A DNA stretch of 52,262 bases from IMG/VR virus record IMGVR_UViG_3300038372_000007, positions 1-52,262 of that record; one strand, given 5' to 3'. Shown here in pieces: positions 1 to 9,194 of the stretch (positions are counted from its first letter, which is position 1; each line of letters starts with the position of its first letter). The notes under the pieces are model-generated. The model was given only the letters and a program-made list of their open reading frames with translations. It had not been told where the DNA came from and did not search any database. The position numbers were made by a program, and so were the translations under genes. Source of the stretch: a virus. Its lineage: Duplodnaviria > Caudoviricetes.

Positions 1-55
1 CGAGGACGGCCTTGATGATCCGCTCCCAGGCGCTTGGTGCAATCGGCTGATTAGC
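1..55. repeat. Terminal 55-bp direct repeat, left copy (circular assembly overlap)
   Basis: 1-55 is identical to 52208-52262. Confidence 0.95.
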
Positions 56-124
56 GTTATACCAGGTGCGCAGGGCGGTGCTCGCCAGGCGATCCACCAA
101 CACTTCGTCGAACTGCTCAGACAT
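1..124 (-). CDS. Hypothetical protein, 5' part; continues across the origin into 52207..52038 (MSEQFDEVLV...EEAPHV*)
   Basis: ATG at 124 follows an AAGGAGG RBS. The frame stays open across the circular junction to a TGA at 52040-52038. Confidence 0.75.
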   Translation of the reverse strand, partial: MSEQFDEVLVDRLASTALRTWYNANQPIAPSAWERIIKAVL

Positions 125-368
125 GAGTAGGAGCCTCCTTCGGACCAGCCTTGAACGGTATCCAGTGGTCGCAAGCCTTGGCCTGTTTGCTTTGCACGAG
201 CCCCCGAACACTTCTGGAAGGTTTGTGTTGGCAGGCCACCGTACCGTTGTCGCCGGCCGTAGGATACCTGCCGTGACCGCAGGAGCCGCAGGTCATCGAC
301 TCCATGTTGGTTATCCCGTAAGGACTGCATGACACTCCCATCTCTCCAACCTCCTCCACCGCGCACAT
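117..368 (-). CDS. Small Cys-rich hypothetical protein
   Basis: CxxC and other Cys residues. Stop overlaps the next start. True start may lie downstream. Confidence 0.5.
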   Translation of the reverse strand: MCAVEEVGEMGVSCSPYGITNMESMTCGSCGHGRYPTAGDNGTVACQHKPSRSVRGLVQSKQAKACDHWIPFKAGPKEAPTHV

Positions 369-410
369 CGCCCGGAGCGCGGGGTGAAAGCTGCCGGGAC
401 AGCAACGTCC

Positions 411-689
411 TCATGCCGTCTTCTGCCTCTTGAATCTCCTGCCCGCGGCCATGCCGGGATCCATGAACCTGCCCATAGTCCGGGCCAGAATCCCGTGGAG
501 CTTGAACTCGTCTTTCTTCCTGGCGTCCTTCATCTTCAGAAGGTCGATGCCCGCGTAGATCCTCGGCTCGCCTCCGTCCCAGCGACGATACGGCGCCCAC
601 GTCACTGAGTGGTCATCGCGGTGAGCCAGGAGGTACAACGCGCGGCGGTTGCGCCGGGGAAGGGCGAGGATGGCACTGGTTATCTTCAT
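411..689 (-). CDS. Hypothetical protein
   Basis: ATGA-coupled ORF in the early operon. Confidence 0.6.
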   Translation of the reverse strand: MKITSAILALPRRNRRALYLLAHRDDHSVTWAPYRRWDGGEPRIYAGIDLLKMKDARKKDEFKLHGILARTMGRFMDPGMAAGRRFKRQKTA

Positions 690-1132
690 GGTGTCGCCCC
701 CTCACGCAAGGACAGCTCCTCCACGGCGTGGAGCGCAGCCCGTAGAACCGCTAGGCCGAAACAGCCGTCAGTCGCGGGCAGTCCCAACCGCTTGTCGTTG
801 TCGAACCTCACCTGGAAAACCCCTGCAACCTTGCGGCAGCTCATCACCCAGCCGTGATTCGCCATAGTGCAGATAACCTGGATCAGGGGTCTGCCTTCGC
901 CGAAGTCGGGGACGATGCGGTCATTGTCGCGGGTTTCTTCGCCCTCCGCGTCTACGTCGGGCTCAACGCCGGACTCGTAGAGGTAGGGGTCGCGCCCGCC
1001 ATCGTCCTCAATCCACACAACGGAGCCATGCCAACCCATGACCTTCTCGGCGATTGCAGCATCCAGGTCGCGCCCGAAAAGGGCAGCGATTTGCTCACGA
1101 GTCAAGGTCGCCGGTTCGCGTTTCTTGTCCAT
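686..1132 (-). CDS. Phage ABA-sandwich / BC1872-like protein
   Basis: GRDLDAAIAEKVMGW motif and a C-terminal LAVLRAAL helix. Confidence 0.6.
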   Translation of the reverse strand: MDKKREPATLTREQIAALFGRDLDAAIAEKVMGWHGSVVWIEDDGGRDPYLYESGVEPDVDAEGEETRDNDRIVPDFGEGRPLIQVICTMANHGWVMSCRKVAGVFQVRFDNDKRLGLPATDGCFGLAVLRAALHAVEELSLREGATP

Positions 1133-1187
1133 GCTTCTCCACTCACCTTTCATGTCGCTAGTTGCCTCTGGACTCTGAAACTTTGGC

Positions 1188-1625
1188 CTACTGAGCCGTC
1201 TTCTGCATGAGATAACCCGCCACAGCCAGCGCCATTTCTCCATCTTGGATGACTCTCATCAGGAGCCACGCCGCGAAGGATTCGATTGGGGCTTCCGCGA
1301 GTTTCCTGCGGAAATCGTTCTTCGTCTCGAAGTCGTCCTCGGTGTCAAGGTTCGGCAGAAGTGTTTCTCTGAATCTTGCGGTCCGCTCTCGCCAGTTGGG
1401 CATGAGAGAAGCATCCAGCGGCGGGTTCAGGGCGCACTGGCAGTAGAAAGCAGCGGCCGCCGGACTCTTACCGAGCAGCTCCTCAGCGTCGTCCTTGCCA
1501 CGCTGGGTCAGGGCCACCTTGCCGTTGCCGACGGATCGGATCTGGCCGCGTTCCAGCAATTCTTCCAGAGCAGTCGCCAGAGGATCGGACTTGATCTCTT
1601 CCACGATGATCTCTCCTCTCGTCAT
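1188..1625 (-). CDS. Hypothetical protein (N-terminal winged-helix-like segment)
   Basis: ORF in operon, with the pattern LEELLERGQI...LTQRG. Confidence 0.55.
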   Translation of the reverse strand: MTRGEIIVEEIKSDPLATALEELLERGQIRSVGNGKVALTQRGKDDAEELLGKSPAAAAFYCQCALNPPLDASLMPNWRERTARFRETLLPNLDTEDDFETKNDFRRKLAEAPIESFAAWLLMRVIQDGEMALAVAGYLMQKTAQ

Positions 1626-1634
1626 AGGGCAGCG

Positions 1635-1886
1635 CTAGCTCGCCTTCCTCGCCCTCGGCCTGCTCATCGCCTCCGCCTGTTTTGCGCGTTGAACCGCCGC
1701 CCGCAATCTCAGCGCCGCCGCGTTCAGCGTGTAAATCGTGGAGTCCAGGGCGCAGCGGTTGTGCTCCGCTTCCGTGGTCCAATCGAAGTGATTCTCGGCT
1801 ACGACCAGGGCGCGCTGGGCGCGGGCTAGGTCGCTGAAAGCATCCTGGGCTGCGGTATTCAGCGGGGGCATAAATATGCGGCTCAT
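1635..1886 (-). CDS. Hypothetical protein
   Basis: ATGA-coupled to the MBL gene. Confidence 0.6.
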   Translation of the reverse strand: MSRIFMPPLNTAAQDAFSDLARAQRALVVAENHFDWTTEAEHNRCALDSTIYTLNAAALRLRAAVQRAKQAEAMSRPRARKAS

Positions 1887-2584
1887 GGGACGTACACCAC
1901 CTTCCCGCTAAGGGCGGCAATCTCACGCTTGAACCTCTCTGCGTCACTGTTCTCCTGGGATAGGTGCAGCAAGTGGATCTCCTTCACCCGGCTGAGGTCG
2001 TTAGCCTTGAGGAAGCCTTTAAGGGTTTGCAGGCTCATGTGTGATCTCAGAACCCGCCGCTTGACCTCGGGGTCAACGAGCCCCGCCTTCACGTTCGCCT
2101 TGAGCAAGCCCAGGTCGTAATCGCAGCCGATCATGACGTGGGTTAATCCCGTGGGCATCCGAAACCGGATGTAGGCGGTGTCGACTGCGAAGAGGAGCAT
2201 CTCCCCGCCCCGCTGCAGGAGAAACGATAGCGGCTCTCCCGCGTCGTGGACCGCCGCCAACGGCATTACCCTCCAGCCCCAGAGGTCGAACGGCTCTCTA
2301 TCCCTGATGATGTGGAGCCGGTGGTGGCCGAGTATCCCGAGGGTCTTCGCCGTGCCGGCCGACATATAGCAATCGATCCCCGATCCGAGGAGCCCGGCCA
2401 CACCTTTTGCGTGGTCGCCATGCTCATGGGTGACAATGCACGCCAGGATTTGCGAGAGCCGGAAGTCCAACTTCCGCAGGATTTCCTTGATGGGCAATCC
2501 CGCCTCAAGAAGCAAAGGGGAACCGCCGGAAGCTATCCGGTAGAGGTTCCCCTTCGACGATGACGCCAGGACCCGAATATCCAC
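1883..2584 (-). CDS. MBL-fold metallo-hydrolase (YycJ-like putative exonuclease)
   Basis: Motifs LASSSKGN, THEHGDH, HDA and HLS. Adjacent to RecT. Confidence 0.9.
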   Translation of the reverse strand: MDIRVLASSSKGNLYRIASGGSPLLLEAGLPIKEILRKLDFRLSQILACIVTHEHGDHAKGVAGLLGSGIDCYMSAGTAKTLGILGHHRLHIIRDREPFDLWGWRVMPLAAVHDAGEPLSFLLQRGGEMLLFAVDTAYIRFRMPTGLTHVMIGCDYDLGLLKANVKAGLVDPEVKRRVLRSHMSLQTLKGFLKANDLSRVKEIHLLHLSQENSDAERFKREIAALSGKVVYVP

Positions 2585-3511
2585 CTAGAAGTCCGGCTTC
2601 AGTTTCTTGGACTCGGCCTTGGCGGCCGGCTTTTCGGCCGGCTTCTCCTCCTCTTTGGCTTCGGTCTCCGGCGCGGGTTCCTCTCCCCGCTCCTTGAAGC
2701 CCACGTCGATGACCTCGGCGTTGGCCCTGGCTGCGACCTCCTCGGCGAACTCCGCCTCATCGGCCGCGTCGTCGGCCCGGTTCATGTGCTGGACCACCAG
2801 GTCGAGGCTGTCGTCCATGCTTGAGTTGATGAACATCTTGCACGTCCGGCCAGTGACCGTCTTCTTCGCCATCTCCCCGGTGAACTGGCCGTGAGTGCTT
2901 CCGGGCCTGAGGTCGCCCTTCTCGTCGAACGGGTTGTTCTGCGACTTGGTCCAGGCCTGCTCGATCTCGGCCATGGTCATGATCTCCGTGTACGGCTCAC
3001 CCTCGGCCGGGATGATCGTGCAGTAGGCGGCCACGATCTTCGTCTTGTCCACGTTCTTGAGGCTCTGCATGTGCTTCGTGATCTGCTTGTTGCCGCGGTC
3101 GATGACGTACTCGAACTCGTCCCCCTCGTAGACGGGCTCCGCAAAGACATCCTTGCAGTGCGTCACCCGCTTGGTGACGGCGACGGTGCCGAAGTACGAC
3201 CGTTGGCAGACCAGTTGGCTGCCGTAAGCGATGAAGTACACCTGCTTCTTGCTCGGATTCAGCCCCTGGATCGCCATGTCCAGGAGCGAGTTCACTATGC
3301 TCTCGTGGGTGCAGGACTGGAGGACCGGCCTCTTCTCCTTGTCTTTCACCCCCTGCAAGGTGAGCCAGGCGCTGGCCAGGGCGTTGCCCACCGAATAGTT
3401 GGCCGGGAAGTTCAGCCGGCCGTTCGCCTGGAGCTCCTTAATCTGGGCCGCCACGATGTCGACCGGGTTCTTCTTAGCAATTGCCGTCGTCTGCTTCTCT
3501 GCGGTTGCCAC
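2585..3511 (-). CDS. recT: RecT-family recombinase (single-strand annealing protein)
   Basis: Motifs QGLNPSKKQVYFIAYG, QRSYFG and MAKKTV, with an acidic tail. GTG at 3511 follows AAGGAGG. Confidence 0.9.
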   Translation of the reverse strand: MATAEKQTTAIAKKNPVDIVAAQIKELQANGRLNFPANYSVGNALASAWLTLQGVKDKEKRPVLQSCTHESIVNSLLDMAIQGLNPSKKQVYFIAYGSQLVCQRSYFGTVAVTKRVTHCKDVFAEPVYEGDEFEYVIDRGNKQITKHMQSLKNVDKTKIVAAYCTIIPAEGEPYTEIMTMAEIEQAWTKSQNNPFDEKGDLRPGSTHGQFTGEMAKKTVTGRTCKMFINSSMDDSLDLVVQHMNRADDAADEAEFAEEVAARANAEVIDVGFKERGEEPAPETEAKEEEKPAEKPAAKAESKKLKPDF

Positions 3512-3512
3512 G

Positions 3513-3884
3513 TTACTCTGCCTCCTTAAGTTGAATCTCCACGTCGAGCCGGGCCCCGAACGTAACCCGCCCAGCATCCCCTCCCTGCACGATCCGCAGG
3601 CTCGTTATCTGGGCGGTCTCGCCGCGATCCATACGGGGCGCGAGATTGGCGGCCAGCGCCTTGGGGACGTAGCCCACTTGCCTGCCGCCGATCCGAACCT
3701 GGATTGCGTTCGGGTCGTACGGGTTAGCAGGCTCCCGGACAAGAGCGCCCGCGAGTTGATCCCCTTTCGCCTGGTCGTCCGCCAGTACCGCCAGGATCGC
3801 CTGCCGCCCCTCGAAGCTAACGCCGGCCACGGTGACCTGCAGCCTGTCGCCCTCACCGAGGAATTCATAAGGGTCGTATGGCAT
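3513..3884 (-). CDS. Stand-alone HIRAN domain protein
   Basis: VAGVSF...LVREPANPYDPNAIQV...VGYVP. Confidence 0.85.
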   Translation of the reverse strand: MPYDPYEFLGEGDRLQVTVAGVSFEGRQAILAVLADDQAKGDQLAGALVREPANPYDPNAIQVRIGGRQVGYVPKALAANLAPRMDRGETAQITSLRIVQGGDAGRVTFGARLDVEIQLKEAE

Positions 3885-3885
3885 C

Positions 3886-6039
3886 TCAGACTTCCTCCTT
3901 CAGCTTGCGGAGCAGTTCTATGCCCTCGGCTACCAGGCTGACGGGTTTTGAGTCGTCCACAACCCTGAGGGTCTCATCATCCTTGCTGACTACCAACCGG
4001 ATAAGCTGACCCCGCACAGGGATGAGCTTGGTAACCCCCTCTGCCCCGTCAACCCAAATCGGGGCAGAGAAACCGTAGTGCTCCGAGAGGGTGTTGAGGA
4101 CATCGAGGCCGATCTTCATCTGACTACCGCTGTTGAGGTCGCTGTAAGGCACGCCTTTGTAGACGGTCTGACAGGTTTCCGCCAGGGCGCCGTTGACCTG
4201 CGTCTCAAACAGCTTGAAGGTGGCGTGCTTGAAGCGGGCATTGATGCGGTCCTCCAGGAGCCGGACCTTCGTGCGGACGAACTCCTCGCTGAGGTAGAGT
4301 TCTGCCTCCAGGCGCTCGAACTCCGAGGCTAGCTCCCGCTCCTGGGCCTTGAGCTCCTCGATGCGCTTCTCGCCTGACTGTCTCTGGTCCAGGAGGAGCA
4401 GCGACTTCTCGTGGGACGCTACCGCCTCGCCCAAGGCAGCTACCTCCGCCCGCATGTCGTCCAGGACGGCCTGGCTGCCGGATCGCAGGCCGGCTATGGT
4501 CTCCCCTAGCGCATCCCTCTCATTCGCTAGTTTCGCGTACTCAACGGTCTCGGAGACTTTGCCGCCCTCCAACTGGAGTTTCTCGAACTGGACCTGACCG
4601 GCGCTCGCCTGGCGCTTCAGGTCCGCGAGGCGCTTCTCGACCGCAGCAGTCTGTTTCTGGCACCTGGCGATCTCGACTTCGACCTGCTTGCGCTGCTCCT
4701 TGGTCGCCTTCCCCTGGGCATTGATAGACTCCAGTTTCTCGGACATGTCGAGGTTGAACTGCTCCAGGGCCTTCTCGCGGGCTCTGGCGACCATGTCTTC
4801 CGGGAGGGACTGGCCGCAGGTCGGGCAGGTCGCCAGGTCGCTATGCGTGAATTCCCGCGATTGAGTCTCATTGAACTGCTCGTGGAGGCGCTGGAGCCTT
4901 TCGTCCAGGCGCTCCGCTTCCCGCTCTGCGGTGACCTGCTCGCCGGCGAGCCCGGTCAGTTCTCGCTCCGCGGAGCCCGCCTTGAACCTCAGGTCTTCCA
5001 CTTCCGACCGCTTCGTGCGGACGGCCGTGTCGTGCGCGGAGCGGGCGCGGTTCTCCAAGTCTAGGAGGTGCCCCTCGATCTCTCGCAAGCGCTTCTGTTT
5101 CTCCGCAGCCTCTCCCCCGGTCTGAGCCCGGGCGAGTTCTTCCATCTTGACCTGGCGGTCCGCTTTCAGGCCGCCAAGGTCCTCAGCGAGTTTCTCCGTG
5201 TCCAGTTTCGAGACGTCCGGCAGACCCCGTTGGACCTCCGCGATCCGCACCAGGATCTTCTCCAATTCCTTCTTGATGACGGTCTGCCTGGCCGCTATGA
5301 CCTTGCGGTGGTCTTCCAGGCTTCGGTTTCCGAGAATCTCCGTCAGGTCGGAGAGCTTGACATCAGAGGCGATTACCTGGTCGTCGCTGATGTCGCCGCA
5401 GACCTCTAGGAGCAGCTTCCGGCGCTCCTGCCAATGGAGCTCTCGATTGAAATAAGCGGGGTCGCTGAGGAGCCGGAATACGTTCTCGTCCACGATTTCC
5501 GCAATCCGCGCTTCGTATTTCGCCTTAGCGACTGGGACCCCGTCGACGAAGTGGGCCGTCTCGTGGCCGGTGAAGACCGAATTCGCGCTGCCTCTCTGCT
5601 TGGTCCATTTCTCCGAATACACCTTGCGGAGGGTGAACTGCCTATCGCCTAACTCGAACACGCCCTCGACCTCGTGGTCCAGGCCGGAGATCGCCTTGCC
5701 GTTTTCGTCGAGCGTCTTGATCTCGAAGTCAGCCCGGTTGAGCGAGTCTTTGCCGAAGAGGAGGTAAACAAACGCATCGAAGAGCGAGGTCTTGCCTGTC
5801 GCATTGTTTCCCATGATCGACGCGTTCCTGCCGTCGATGTCCAGGGTGAAATCCTTGATGCCTTTGAAATTGCTGAGGCGTAGCTGGAGCAGTCTGAGCG
5901 ACTTGCCTTCCGCTCCAGAGTCAAGGACCTCCTCCTTCATCGTCAGCACGTTGACTAGCGATCCTTGCTGTAGACTCTGGCGCGTAGTAGACTGCTGTTG
6001 TCCGGGCCGCTCTTGGAGCGGCTCTCTTTTTGTTTCCAA
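3886..6039 (-). CDS. SMC/Rad50-like AAA ATPase with coiled coil (start may be near 5940)
   Basis: NFKG, Walker A GNNATGKT, zinc-hook CPTCGQ, long coiled coil, and C-terminal LNSG and WVDGAE. Confidence 0.88.
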   Translation of the reverse strand: METKREPLQERPGQQQSTTRQSLQQGSLVNVLTMKEEVLDSGAEGKSLRLLQLRLSNFKGIKDFTLDIDGRNASIMGNNATGKTSLFDAFVYLLFGKDSLNRADFEIKTLDENGKAISGLDHEVEGVFELGDRQFTLRKVYSEKWTKQRGSANSVFTGHETAHFVDGVPVAKAKYEARIAEIVDENVFRLLSDPAYFNRELHWQERRKLLLEVCGDISDDQVIASDVKLSDLTEILGNRSLEDHRKVIAARQTVIKKELEKILVRIAEVQRGLPDVSKLDTEKLAEDLGGLKADRQVKMEELARAQTGGEAAEKQKRLREIEGHLLDLENRARSAHDTAVRTKRSEVEDLRFKAGSAERELTGLAGEQVTAEREAERLDERLQRLHEQFNETQSREFTHSDLATCPTCGQSLPEDMVARAREKALEQFNLDMSEKLESINAQGKATKEQRKQVEVEIARCQKQTAAVEKRLADLKRQASAGQVQFEKLQLEGGKVSETVEYAKLANERDALGETIAGLRSGSQAVLDDMRAEVAALGEAVASHEKSLLLLDQRQSGEKRIEELKAQERELASEFERLEAELYLSEEFVRTKVRLLEDRINARFKHATFKLFETQVNGALAETCQTVYKGVPYSDLNSGSQMKIGLDVLNTLSEHYGFSAPIWVDGAEGVTKLIPVRGQLIRLVVSKDDETLRVVDDSKPVSLVAEGIELLRKLKEEV

Positions 6040-6138
6040 GTCACTGACCTCCCTTGAGCCATAGAACCAAGAACACCAGGATCTCCACCGCCAGTGCCGC
6101 GACGTAAGTCCACCGCATGCGCCGGAGCCTCGCGTCCG

Positions 6139-6465
6139 TCATGGCTGCACCTTGGTGAGGGCGGCAACAGCGTCAAAAAGTGCATGGTGAGCCTCGAGGT
6201 GCGCCTTCCTAGCGGTGTGATAGGCGTCGTAATCATCACCGACCGCACTTGCCACAGCGACCTGATCACTCGTAGCGGTGAACGCCTTCGCCGCCTCCAC
6301 GACCTCCGCCAAGTCGAAGTAGCCAACCGCGTCAAGGGCGGCATTCATGCTCTCCAGTCTGTTTGTGGGATTGTCCTTTTCTGCGCGAGTCTCGGTGTAG
6401 GCATCAAGCGCCTTGCATACCGCATCTACCTTCCTAAGTGCCGCCTTGCGCTGCTCGTCTGTCAT
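6139..6465 (-). CDS. Hypothetical protein
   Basis: ORF with a GGAGG RBS. Confidence 0.65.
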   Translation of the reverse strand: MTDEQRKAALRKVDAVCKALDAYTETRAEKDNPTNRLESMNAALDAVGYFDLAEVVEAAKAFTATSDQVAVASAVGDDYDAYHTARKAHLEAHHALFDAVAALTKVQP

Positions 6466-6647
6466 GCCCGCGCCTCCTGCCTTGCCATTTCTCGATCCAG
6501 TTCTTCCTGAATCGTCTGGCGGTCCTCAGCCCGGGCGAGTTTCAATCCACGCCGGGCACATTTCACGAGGATAGCCAGCAGAGCCGTGGCGTCGCCGTCG
6601 TAATGAAGTCTGGGGTCCAGTTGCAGCCTGTTCTCCTTGACGCTCAC
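6462..6647 (-). CDS. Hypothetical protein
   Basis: GTG start after GGAGG, coupled to neighbouring genes. Confidence 0.55.
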   Translation of the reverse strand: MSVKENRLQLDPRLHYDGDATALLAILVKCARRGLKLARAEDRQTIQEELDREMARQEARA

Positions 6648-6940
6648 GTTTTCGCCTCCTCGGGCTGATGGACGGCGGCGAGCCTCCCGCACATGTCGAC
6701 GAGTTTGTTCATGAGCACGATGTAGAAGCGGTCAATCTCGTCGGGTTCGTTGATGCGCTTCTTGACATCCTCGTAGGCATCTTCCGAGCAGAAGCGCCCG
6801 CCGTCGGAATAGTGGAAAACGGTCTTGCCCTGCGAATCCGGGGAGTACCGCCGGACCTGTTCCAGGTTGATAGTGGTAATGGTCCTCATGGTTGCGCCGT
6901 AATCCGTGATCTCTTTGTGCGTAACCTCGATGAACCTCAC
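6644..6940 (-). CDS. Hypothetical protein
   Basis: ORF with a GGGGAGG RBS. Confidence 0.65.
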   Translation of the reverse strand: MRFIEVTHKEITDYGATMRTITTINLEQVRRYSPDSQGKTVFHYSDGGRFCSEDAYEDVKKRINEPDEIDRFYIVLMNKLVDMCGRLAAVHQPEEAKT

Positions 6941-6955
6941 TTCAGAAGCCTCCCC

Positions 6956-7225
6956 TCAGATGGATCTCCAGAACGCCGCCAGCACCGCGAACAGGATCGC
7001 CGCACAGACCGCCGCGACCGCCAGGTTCACCCACATGAGCTCCCGCTGGACCTTCTTGGTTCTGGCGATCTCCCTCAAAAGGTCGGTCGCCGCAGCCTCG
7101 AAGCCTTGGCTGTCGAGGATCTCGACCGCTCGCCGCATGACGCGCCTCACCGTCGGGTTCGAGGTGGTGGTTAGAACCGAGTCCAGAGCCGCCCGTACAT
7201 CGCCCTCGGTGATCGTGTCAGTCAC
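6956..7225 (-). CDS. Hypothetical membrane protein
   Basis: C-terminal hydrophobic helix and an AAGGAGG RBS. Confidence 0.65.
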   Translation of the reverse strand: MTDTITEGDVRAALDSVLTTTSNPTVRRVMRRAVEILDSQGFEAAATDLLREIARTKKVQRELMWVNLAVAAVCAAILFAVLAAFWRSI

Positions 7226-7339
7226 GCCAGATCGCCTCCTTTCTTGCTGTACATTCCGGGGTCAACGTATCCAAGTGACTGAGATGCCTTCCCGAGAGGG
7301 ATAGGGTCGCCGCGCCCCTGTGTACGTGGACCAAAATCA

Positions 7340-7666
7340 CTAGGATGGGCCTCCTGGTTCCTCTCCTGGCGTTCCCCGCGCCGCTTTCTGTTCCATGGCC
7401 ATTTTCTTCATGCGGAGGACGCTCGCCGCCCTGACGCCGTTCGTTACCTTCCGGGGTCTATGGATCGAGATGCAAGCCTTCGGCAGGTCGTAGGTCTTGG
7501 AGACGATCCTGCCTTCCATCCGCCCGACCTCCGTTGCCTTCGCCCACTTGTCCAGGCGACGCATGACCGCTGGCGAGGACGTGTAGAGGTTCCAAGTCGT
7601 TTCTGCTTCTGAGCGGTTCAAGATCGTCTCGCGTTCTTCACGAGTCAAGGAGTAGGCCTTCATCAC
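7340..7666 (-). CDS. Hypothetical phage protein
   Basis: LTREERETIL...YTS motif typical of small Bacillota mobile-element proteins. Confidence 0.65.
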   Translation of the reverse strand: MMKAYSLTREERETILNRSEAETTWNLYTSSPAVMRRLDKWAKATEVGRMEGRIVSKTYDLPKACISIHRPRKVTNGVRAASVLRMKKMAMEQKAARGTPGEEPGGPS

Positions 7667-8052
7667 GATACCTTCTCGAACAGGTCTTCCAGGGGCGCGT
7701 TCAGGTACTTAGCCAGGATGCCCGCTGTGTCGGCGCTGATCGCGTGGCCCGTCTCGATCCTGCACAGAGTCCGGTAATCAAGGCCGAGGTTGCGGCCTAC
7801 ATCCACCCGTTTCAGGCCGCGGATCACCCGCAGGAGCGTCATGTAAGCCACTCCGTGGTCGTTGAGCCAGCTCCGGTACTGCCCGGGCCTGCCATTTGCC
7901 GACCTCTTCGTGAAGCGTTGATATTCCTGCCTGATGACCTGCTCGATACGCTGACGGCTCACGCCCATCTCCCTGGCCGCCGTCGCTTCGGGTACTCCGT
8001 GGTAGAGCATCTCCACGATCCTGCGGTTGCGCTCGGCCAACCCCCTGGGCAC
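7663..8052 (-). CDS. Double-HTH DNA-binding protein (C-terminal XRE HTH)
   Basis: AAREMGVSRQRIEQ and LGLDYRTLCRIETG...LEDLF. Confidence 0.75.
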   Translation of the reverse strand: MPRGLAERNRRIVEMLYHGVPEATAAREMGVSRQRIEQVIRQEYQRFTKRSANGRPGQYRSWLNDHGVAYMTLLRVIRGLKRVDVGRNLGLDYRTLCRIETGHAISADTAGILAKYLNAPLEDLFEKVS

Positions 8053-8098
8053 TTTGCATTCCCCACTTTCCCGTTCTCATCCGATTGAGTCCGACGGC

Positions 8099-8296
8099 CT
8101 ATACCGCTTTCTGCGCCGCCTGGCTACACTGTTGACTTACCTCCGAGCCTCCGGCGACCACTAGCGTAAGCGCCGGGGACCGGACCGTGGCGGGCTGGGG
8201 ATACTTGATGTTGAAGGCAGCCCTCAAGGCCGCAAGTTCCCTCTCGGGGTCCGGCTCGTACCGGCGGAGCAGAATCGGGTCGAGGCGGCTAGACAT
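8099..8296 (-). CDS. Hypothetical protein
   Basis: ATG after AAGGAGG, overlapping the cro stop. Confidence 0.55.
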   Translation of the reverse strand: MSSRLDPILLRRYEPDPERELAALRAAFNIKYPQPATVRSPALTLVVAGGSEVSQQCSQAAQKAV

Positions 8297-8531
8297 CGGC
8301 GGGAGCCTCCTTGTGCTTCCTCGTCGCTGCGTTGAGTTCAGCATCGAAGAAATCGGCTGGCCTAGCGCCCAACGCCTTGGCGAGAAGCTCAATCTGTTCC
8401 GTTGTCACCCTGCGTTTCCCTAGTTCAATCAGGCTTAGGCCCGCAGGAGTCATTCCGATCTGCCGGGACACTTCCGCCAGCGTGAAGTGCTTCTGGCTTC
8501 GCAGCATCCTGATTCGTTCGCCGGTATTCAT
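8289..8531 (-). CDS. Cro-like XRE HTH regulator
   Basis: GERIRMLR...LSLIELGKR. Divergent from the repressor. Confidence 0.88.
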   Translation of the reverse strand: MNTGERIRMLRSQKHFTLAEVSRQIGMTPAGLSLIELGKRRVTTEQIELLAKALGARPADFFDAELNAATRKHKEAPADV

Positions 8532-8545
8532 CGGTAGTCACCCTC

Positions 8546-8645
8546 TCGACGCGTCGTTGAGTTCTAGCCTCAATGTAAATCGACGCGGCGTTGAAGTCAA
8601 TAGGGGAAGTCAACATTTTGGCGAAAGAATTCTACTCTCTGTTGA
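8546..8645. promoter_or_regulatory. Lysis/lysogeny switch: four operator-like 15-bp sites (TCAAC-N5-GTTGA consensus)
   Basis: 8546 TCGACGCGTCGTTGA, 8580 TCGACGCGGCGTTGA, 8610 TCAACATTTTGGCGA, 8631 TCTACTCTCTGTTGA. Confidence 0.75.
8572..8600 (-). promoter_or_regulatory. Lytic (cro) sigma70/sigmaA promoter
   Basis: TTGACT (8600-8595), 17-bp spacer, TACATT (8577-8572). An operator occupies the spacer. Confidence 0.75.
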
Positions 8646-8658
8646 GTCCTGCTAGAAT
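8630..8658 (+). promoter_or_regulatory. Repressor promoter (extended -10)
   Basis: TGcTAGAAT at 8650-8658, with a weak -35 (TTCTAC) overlapping an operator. Confidence 0.5.
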
Positions 8659-8693
8659 CGGAGCGCAAGGCGGAGACGGGGGCGGGAATATAC

Positions 8694-9143
8694 TTGCCTA
8701 ACACGTTCGGCAGCAGGTTGCGAGCTGCACGTCAAGGACGCGGATACACTCAAGAGGACGCCGCTAAACAGATTGATGGACTCACGGCCTCAGCCCTCTC
8801 CAACTACGAAAGAGGCGTGAGGGACCCCGACACGGAACGCTTGGCTCGCCTTGCGGCACTCTATGGAGTTACGGTTGACTGGCTCCTCGGCAAAAAGGCC
8901 GGGCCAGAAATCCTTCCCATGTATCTGGACCATCTATCCCCCGGCATGCAGGCTTTCGTGCGGCGCGAGGTTGCGGCAGGTTGCCCCTGGCTCCATGTCA
9001 TAAGGGAGATAGTGGAGAAAGGGCTTACGGTTCAGGAGATTGAGCAGGTCCTGAAGCTCTTCGTCAAAGCGAAGGGAGGAGCGGAGCGGAAAGCAGACAG
9101 CGGATCGCAACCAGATTACGCACCCCCGTCCACCAAGAGATAA
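8694..9143 (+). CDS. CI/ImmR-like XRE-family repressor
   Basis: FGSRLRAAR...LSNYERGVRDP...VTVDWLLG. Heads the plus-strand lysogeny module. Confidence 0.9.
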   Translation: MPNTFGSRLRAARQGRGYTQEDAAKQIDGLTASALSNYERGVRDPDTERLARLAALYGVTVDWLLGKKAGPEILPMYLDHLSPGMQAFVRREVAAGCPWLHVIREIVEKGLTVQEIEQVLKLFVKAKGGAERKADSGSQPDYAPPSTKR

Positions 9144-9194
9144 CCTCACCCCCGCTGCCTGCCTCATCGGACTACAGACAAAGAGGGGACGCCG

